From Gaiellaceae bacterium (GTDB taxonomy: Bacteria > Actinomycetota > Thermoleophilia > Gaiellales > Gaiellaceae), in assembly GCA_035296785.1 (NCBI GenBank), contig DATHAF010000028.1, positions 4,236 to 68,235 on the forward strand: DNA of 64,000 nt, written 5' to 3'. Shown here piece by piece: positions 58,926 to 64,000 of this stretch. Made by a program: the position numbers and the translations under genes. The number at the start of each line of letters is the position of its first letter. Within the stretch, counting starts at the first letter, position 1. The notes below the pieces were generated by a model. That model saw nothing but the letters and a program-made list of their open reading frames with translations, was not told where the DNA came from and did no database searches.

Positions 58926-60044
58926 ATGTTACCTGCGAGGGCGGACGATCGTCAACTCCCCCGCCCGGTACGCTTTTGGGCGGTGCAGCCAGATCTCCGC
59001 AGCCGCTGGTGGATCCGCGACGTCGAGATCCCGACGCGGCTCGTCCTGGCGCCGATGGCGGGGGTCAGCGTGCAGGCGTTTCGCCGGCAGGGCCGGCGTT
59101 TCGGCGCAGGGCTGGTGTGCTCCGAAATGGTCAGCTGCGCCGGTCTCCAGCACGGGAACGAGCGCACGCTCGGCTACCTGCGCATCTCTCCCGACGAGCG
59201 ACCGCTCGCGGTGCAGATCTTCGGCTCCGATCCCGAGGTGATGGCGGACGCGGCGCGGATGGTCGAGGACGCCGGCGCCGACATCGTGGACGTGAACTTC
59301 GGCTGCCCGGTGCGGAAGGTAACCAAGACCGGCGCCGGCGCGACGCTGCTCGCCGACCCGGATCGCGCCTGCAAGATCGTCTCGGCGGTGGCCGAGGCCG
59401 TTGCCGTGCCGGTGACCGTGAAGATGCGCCGCGGCCTCGAGAACGGCTCGCGCGCCTGCCTCGCGATCGGACCGCGGCTGGTCGAGGCGGGCGCGGCCTC
59501 GCTGACGCTGCATCCGCGCTCCGCGAAGCAGATGTACACGGGTGAGGCCGACCACTCGCTGACCGCGGAGCTGGTGGAGCTCGTGGACGTGCCGGTGGTG
59601 GCTTCCGGAGACGTGGCCTCTCGCGCGCGGGCGGAGGCGATCCTCGCCACGACCGGCGCAGCGGCCGTGATGGTCGGCCGGGCGGCGCAAGGCAACCCGT
59701 GGGCGCTGCGCGAGATCGTGGACACGGAGGTTGCAGATCCCTCGCCCGAGGAGGTCGTCGCCGAGCTGCTCCTCTTCATCAGGGAGACGGTGCGCGAGCT
59801 CGGCGAGCGGCGCTCGCACGGCTTCCTGAAGAAGTTCTACGGCTGGTATCTCGGTCGGGGGCGGTTCCCGCGCCCGTTCAAGCAGGAGCTCGTGCAGCTC
59901 GAGACGCTGGACGAGGTCGAGGCACGCCTGCTGGCGGCCGCGCCCGGCGCCGCTGAGGTGCTCGAGCGGCTCGAGAACGACCTGCCCGACGGTGAGGAGG
60001 ACATCGTTCTCGACCTGCCGATCTCGATCTACGGCGGCGGCTGA
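58926..60044 (+). CDS. dus: tRNA-dihydrouridine synthase
   Basis: LVLAPMAGVSVQAFR, DVNFGCP and KMR motifs. Start uncertain (58926, GTG 58983 or later). Confidence 0.8.
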   Translation: MLPARADDRQLPRPVRFWAVQPDLRSRWWIRDVEIPTRLVLAPMAGVSVQAFRRQGRRFGAGLVCSEMVSCAGLQHGNERTLGYLRISPDERPLAVQIFGSDPEVMADAARMVEDAGADIVDVNFGCPVRKVTKTGAGATLLADPDRACKIVSAVAEAVAVPVTVKMRRGLENGSRACLAIGPRLVEAGAASLTLHPRSAKQMYTGEADHSLTAELVELVDVPVVASGDVASRARAEAILATTGAAAVMVGRAAQGNPWALREIVDTEVADPSPEEVVAELLLFIRETVRELGERRSHGFLKKFYGWYLGRGRFPRPFKQELVQLETLDEVEARLLAAAPGAAEVLERLENDLPDGEEDIVLDLPISIYGGG

Positions 60045-60907
60045 GCCGCTGCGAATTGACCCACGAGCTCTGCAACCCCGGCAGGGTCGTAGGAAACGAG
60101 ATCGTGAATCGCATCAGGCCGGAACTCGAGCTGCGCTCCAGGAAGCGCTGAGCGGAAACGCGCGATCGCGGCCTCGGCTGCTTCCTGGTATTTGTCTTCT
60201 TCGGGAGCCGTTACAAGGAGCACGGGAGTTCCGGCGTCCGCGAGGGGTGGGTAGGTCGTCGTCAGCGGCTCCTGGTACTCGCCGTACCTGATCGCGCCGG
60301 CTACCTCCGGTGCGAGTATGGGAATGACCTTCCCATTCGCCTCCCGCATCGTCGCCTCGTGAGCCTCCGCAAGCGCGGGAGTCCAGCGCCTGAGCTCCTC
60401 ACCTTGGAGAGCGAAATACGCGTCCCAGCTCGCGAAGGAGTCCTTTTCCGCTCCGCGACGCGCGGCTGCGATACATGATTCCAGATCTGCCGTTCGATCG
60501 ATCCCGGCGATGTCCGCCCACTCGAGGTAGCCACCGTCGATCAGCGCCAGACCAAGCGTGCGCTCGGGGTAGCGCGCGCCGAAGGAGCAGGCGATACGCC
60601 CGCCCCACGAGAAGCCCAAGAAGACCGCCCGGAAGATTCCGAGCGCGGAGAGAAGATCGGCAGCAAAGCCCGCGAGGATCGAAGGCCGATACGACTCGGG
60701 CGGCAATGCCGGCGACTGCCCGTGGCCCGGTGCGTCCGGCGCGAGCACGCGCAGACCGTGCTCTTGGACGAGGATCGGCGCGATCTCGTTCGCGTGGAGA
60801 CCGCAGCCTCCGAGCCCGTCCCAGTAGAGAATCGTCGGCCGATCGGCGGCACCCCATTCGCGGACGAACAGGGAGACCGCGGCAACCTCGGCCGTGAACT
60901 CCCGCAC
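60029..60907 (-). CDS. Alpha/beta hydrolase
   Basis: GTG 60907 (TAGTG junction with coaX). APDAPGHGQS and nucleophile elbow GFSWGG. Confidence 0.75.
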   Translation of the reverse strand: MREFTAEVAAVSLFVREWGAADRPTILYWDGLGGCGLHANEIAPILVQEHGLRVLAPDAPGHGQSPALPPESYRPSILAGFAADLLSALGIFRAVFLGFSWGGRIACSFGARYPERTLGLALIDGGYLEWADIAGIDRTADLESCIAAARRGAEKDSFASWDAYFALQGEELRRWTPALAEAHEATMREANGKVIPILAPEVAGAIRYGEYQEPLTTTYPPLADAGTPVLLVTAPEEDKYQEAAEAAIARFRSALPGAQLEFRPDAIHDLVSYDPAGVAELVGQFAAAQPPP

Positions 60908-61659
60908 TAGCTGCGGTTGCGCTCCCAGACCAAGCGCAGGCCCTCCAGGGTCAGGAACGGATCTACGCGTTCGAGCGTGTGCGCGTGCGGGACGATCAGA
61001 TCCGCGAGGCCGCCCGTGGCGACCGTCTGCGCCTCCTCGCCTAGCTCTTCCCGGATCCGCTCGACGATGCCGTCCACCTGGCCCGCGAACCCGTAGACGA
61101 GTCCCGACTGCAAGCTCGAGGCCGTGTTCTTCGCGATCACGCTCGGCGGCTCGACGAAGTCGACCTTGAAAAGTCTCGCCGCCCGCTGGAAGAGCGCGTC
61201 CATCGAGATCTCGATCCCCGGAGCAAGGACGCCGCCCACGTACTCGGCGTTCGCGGAGACGACGTCGAAGTTCGTCGAGGTGCCGAAGTCGACCACGATG
61301 CACGGCGCGCCGTAGCGGTCGACGGCAGCAACCGCGTTTGCGATCCGATCCGCCCCGACTTCCCGCGGGTCGTCGTACCGGATCGGCACGCCAGTCTTCA
61401 CGCCGGGCCCCAGGTCGAGCAGCTCCGCACGGGCGTAGTCCTTCGCAAGCTCCTCGTATGCGCGGTGCAGCGGTGGCACGGTCGAGGCGAGCGCGATCCC
61501 GTCGACGCTCTCGAGATCGAGGAAGTTGCCGTAGAGCGCACCCAGCTCGTCGCCGCTGCGATTCCGCTCGGTCGAGACACGCCAGTGCTCGCGCAGCTCG
61601 GCGCCCTCGAACAGCCCGAACACCGTCTGGGTGTTCCCCACGTCGACCGCTAGCAGCAC
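60907..61659 (-). CDS. coaX: Type III pantothenate kinase
   Basis: GTG 61659: VLLAVDVGNTQTVFGLF; VVDFGTSTNFD. Confidence 0.9.
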   Translation of the reverse strand: MLLAVDVGNTQTVFGLFEGAELREHWRVSTERNRSGDELGALYGNFLDLESVDGIALASTVPPLHRAYEELAKDYARAELLDLGPGVKTGVPIRYDDPREVGADRIANAVAAVDRYGAPCIVVDFGTSTNFDVVSANAEYVGGVLAPGIEISMDALFQRAARLFKVDFVEPPSVIAKNTASSLQSGLVYGFAGQVDGIVERIREELGEEAQTVATGGLADLIVPHAHTLERVDPFLTLEGLRLVWERNRS

Positions 61660-61668
61660 GACGCTGAG

Positions 61669-62034
61669 CTAGAGGTCGTCGTCGGCAGACCGAGACTCGC
61701 CGATTCGCTCGGCCAGAGCCTCCGCCGTCAGGTTCGGTTCGTCGCCTTCTCCGCGGAGCTCCTCGACGGTGACGTCACTCGAAGTGTAGACCTCCGCGCG
61801 GGGAATGATCCGCGTCGGGCGGTTCTTGTCCCAGACCCAGACGTCCTCCATCTTCAGGTGGAAGAACGGGTAGCTCGGCTGCGGCACGTACTGGAGATCG
61901 AGCCGGTTGCACAGGTACGTCGCATCCTGCGTCAGGACGCAGTAGCGAAAGAGGCTGAAGACAGCCGAGTACTCCTTCTTGAGCGTGAGCTCGAGGTCTG
62001 CCTCGAACTCGTCGAGCTCGTCGAGGTGGGACAT
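61669..62034 (-). CDS. DUF2469-like actinobacterial conserved protein
   Basis: LDEFEADLELTLKKEY, FRYCVLTQDATYLCN and DVWVWDKNRPTRII parallel the DUF2469 pattern (recalled from Mtb Rv2901c-type proteins). Confidence 0.6.
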   Translation of the reverse strand: MSHLDELDEFEADLELTLKKEYSAVFSLFRYCVLTQDATYLCNRLDLQYVPQPSYPFFHLKMEDVWVWDKNRPTRIIPRAEVYTSSDVTVEELRGEGDEPNLTAEALAERIGESRSADDDL

Positions 62035-62041
62035 AGCGAGA

Positions 62042-62524
62042 TCATAGCCCCGTCAACAAGGCCCGGACCGGGCCGCGTCCGGGAACCTCCAGGCCCGGAT
62101 CGAGCTCGGCCAGCGGCTCGAGCGCGAAGCGCCGCTCGTGAAGCCGCGGATGCGGGATGGTCAAGCCCGGCTCGTCCACCGTCTCGCGGCCGTAAAGGAG
62201 CAGGTCGAGATCGATCGTGCGCGGCCCGAAGCGCGGTCCCTCGCCCCGCACGCGCCCCAGCCGGCGCTCGATCTCGAGCAAACGCTCGAGCAGCTTCCGA
62301 GGCGGGAGGTGGGTCTCGAGCGCGGCCGCCCCGTTGAGGAAGGTGGGCTGGCTCTCGTAGCCGACCGGGGCGGTCTCGCGGAGCGTCGAGACGGCCATGA
62401 GTTCGATTCCGGCTTCAGCACGCAGCAGTTCGAGCGCAGCGGCGATGGTCTCTCGGCGCTCGCCGAGATTCGAGCCGAGCCCGATGTATGCAGCAACCTT
62501 GGGGATTCCGAGGCCTCCGCTCAG
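62042..62524 (-). CDS. folK: 2-amino-4-hydroxy-6-hydroxymethyldihydropteridine pyrophosphokinase (HPPK), non-canonical start proposed
   Basis: AAYIGLGSNLG ... QPTFLNGAAALET ... GPRTIDLDLLLYG ... HPRLHERRFALEPLAEL. The first canonical start (ATG 62398) lies downstream of the GLGSNLG block. Candidate starts are ATC 62506 or CTG 62524. Confidence 0.8.
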   Translation of the reverse strand: MSGGLGIPKVAAYIGLGSNLGERRETIAAALELLRAEAGIELMAVSTLRETAPVGYESQPTFLNGAAALETHLPPRKLLERLLEIERRLGRVRGEGPRFGPRTIDLDLLLYGRETVDEPGLTIPHPRLHERRFALEPLAELDPGLEVPGRGPVRALLTGL

Positions 62525-63237
62525 GCGGGAACGGACGAAAGGTAGGCTGGCTGAACAACAGCGAACGGTCCGTCCGCACGGACCGAGCCTTCGTGGAGAT
62601 GAATGGCGCGCGTGCAGAGACGCTCGAGCATCTGATGGTCGTGCCCGCTGGCGATGACCACGCCACCGGCCTCGACCAGGGCCTGAGCCCGCTCCTCGAC
62701 GGCGTTTCGAAACTCATGGTCAAGCGCCTCGTGCACTTCGTCGAGGAGGAGAATCTGGGGTTCGGTCTCTTCGGCAACCGCGTACCCAAGTCGGGCCCGC
62801 ATGCCCTGGGAGTACGTCGAGACAGGCTGGTCGAACGCGTCGCCGAGCCGGCTGCGCTCCTTGACCGCCCCGAGCGCACGCCGCGAGTCACGGCGTGAAA
62901 GCCCGCCGAGCACTCCTAGCAGCATCGCGTTCTCTCGGCCGCTGAGGAGCGCGAGCAAGCCCGCATCGATTGACAGCAGCGAGGCGACGCGCCCATGCAC
63001 AGCCACCCGACCCTCGTCCGGCCAGTAGACCCGAGCAAGCAGGCGAAGCATCGTCGTCTTTCCCGAGCCGCTCGGCCCGATCAGGGCAATGCCCTCGCCA
63101 CCGAGGGTCTCGAAGCTGACGTCACGAACGCCCCATTTCGTCGACCCGTGCGGGCGCAAACGGGCCGCCGTCGGCGTCACCACCTTCAGATGCCGATCGA
63201 AGAAGAAGCGAACGCCGACGTGATCGACGCGTATCAC
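62521..63237 (-). CDS. ABC-2-type (polysaccharide/teichoic-acid-export-like) ATP-binding protein
   Basis: GTG 63237. GPSGSGKTT, YSQGMRARL, LLLDEVHEALD. Confidence 0.8.
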   Translation of the reverse strand: MIRVDHVGVRFFFDRHLKVVTPTAARLRPHGSTKWGVRDVSFETLGGEGIALIGPSGSGKTTMLRLLARVYWPDEGRVAVHGRVASLLSIDAGLLALLSGRENAMLLGVLGGLSRRDSRRALGAVKERSRLGDAFDQPVSTYSQGMRARLGYAVAEETEPQILLLDEVHEALDHEFRNAVEERAQALVEAGGVVIASGHDHQMLERLCTRAIHLHEGSVRADGPFAVVQPAYLSSVPA

Positions 63238-63240
63238 TCG

Positions 63241-64000
63241 TCACACCACCTTGGCGAATTGACGTTGCTCTGAGCCATAGAGCGGCACGAACGCGAGCAG
63301 GATTGCCGTGGCGACGAGCATTGGATACAGAAGCTGCCATGCCGCCGGCGCGTGTCCGTTCAGGAAGACGTCCCGGTACGACTCGAACATCCCCGTCAAG
63401 GGGTTGAGCCGCAAGAGATCCCTTGCTCCCGAGCTCGTTGCCGACAGTGGGACGAGCCCCGGGCCGAGGAAGAAGAGCATGCGCACGAAGCTGAGCAAGA
63501 ACGGCTTCAGCTCGTGCAGCCACAACCCGAGTAGCGAAGCCGCATACGCCGCCGCTGCCGCAAGGTAGAGATTGACGAGCACCACGAGCGGTAGCCAGAC
63601 GAGCGCCGAGGTCGGCGCGACGCGATATGCGGCCATCATGACGACGACGAGCAGGAAGCTCGCGCTGAAGGCCGTGCTCTCCGTGAGTGTCGAGGACAGG
63701 GGGATCAGCTTCCGCTGAAACCTCATGTTGAGCAGGATCGGTCGGCGGATCTCGATCGCTTCCATCGCGTTCGCCACTGTCAACATCACAAGCTGGAAGG
63801 GAACGATCGCCGCCGCCAGGCTCAGTCCGGGGGCGTGTCCGGGCCGGTCGAGCACGAACGTGACGAGCAGCAGGTAGACGCCGACCAGCGCGAATGGCTC
63901 GAGCAGCCAGCGGAGGAAACGACCGGGCCCGCGACCGTATCGGAACCGCAAGTCCGCCTCGGTGAGCGCCCGCAACACATCGGCGGAACGGAGAAGCGAC
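63241..64000 (-). CDS. ABC-2-type transporter permease (5' end probably outside window)
   Basis: DLRFRYGRGPGRFLRWLLEP followed by six hydrophobic segments. The frame stays open to nt 64000 (..SLLRSADVLRALTEADL..). Confidence 0.75.
   Translation of the reverse strand, partial: SLLRSADVLRALTEADLRFRYGRGPGRFLRWLLEPFALVGVYLLLVTFVLDRPGHAPGLSLAAAIVPFQLVMLTVANAMEAIEIRRPILLNMRFQRKLIPLSSTLTESTAFSASFLLVVVMMAAYRVAPTSALVWLPLVVLVNLYLAAAAAYAASLLGLWLHELKPFLLSFVRMLFFLGPGLVPLSATSSGARDLLRLNPLTGMFESYRDVFLNGHAPAAWQLLYPMLVATAILLAFVPLYGSEQRQFAKVV

Noticed and set aside
62396-62420. tRNA-like T-loop sequence GAGTTCGATTCCGG
   Set aside because: It lies inside the folK coding frame. Flanking bases cannot form T-stem, acceptor or anticodon arms.

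Overview
Very GC-rich (about 70 percent by eye, not computed) and almost gap-free bacterial chromosome segment. I call about 75 protein genes and one tRNA-Thr(UGU). I saw no rRNA, CRISPR array, transposase, phage or obvious defence genes. All functional calls come from recognising motifs and families by eye in the supplied translations; no database search was run.

Content, in order:
- recR (3' end), lysC, asd.
- A HisKA_3/NarL two-component pair.
- A non-classical succinate dehydrogenase operon (sdhA, lipoprotein, sdhB, HdrB-like CCG subunit) with three translationally coupled tail genes.
- ATP-type pckA.
- Two overlapping Xer-type tyrosine recombinases plus a coupled micro-ORF.
- gltA, icd, mdh, sucC and sucD.
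- Acyl-CoA carboxylase alpha and beta subunits, pgsA, an NlpC/P60 hydrolase, and a membrane GGDEF+HD-GYP protein.
- An Rrf2 regulator with the cysPTWA sulfate importer.
- A long minus-strand block: Wzm/Wzt-like exporter, folK, DUF2469, coaX, lysS, greA, clpC, radA, disA, carD, ispD, ispF, gltX-like, cysS, rlmB, yacP, sigH, tRNA-Thr.

The folK..rlmB order recalls the M. tuberculosis Rv3606c-Rv3579c region. The gltX-cysS-rlmB-yacP-sigH order recalls Bacillus. My guess (inference only) is a deep-branching high-GC actinobacterium.

I found no clear self-contained novel system. The points most worth follow-up:
1. Two enzymes (FolK and an LMW phosphatase) have conserved catalytic N-termini encoded upstream of any ATG/GTG/TTG. 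In each case a CTG overlaps an upstream stop codon as CTGA.
2. The anchor-less type-E-like sdh operon has a lipoprotein gene wedged between sdhA and sdhB and a phosphoesterase/Asp23/GNAT-like tail.
3. A SAM methyltransferase is coupled on both sides between sucC and sucD, and sucC carries a 1-nt frameshift.
4. A Bacillus-type SigH sits in conserved synteny.
5. The GluRS-like protein is only 329 aa.
6. Several micro-ORFs below the 60-aa track cutoff look coding.
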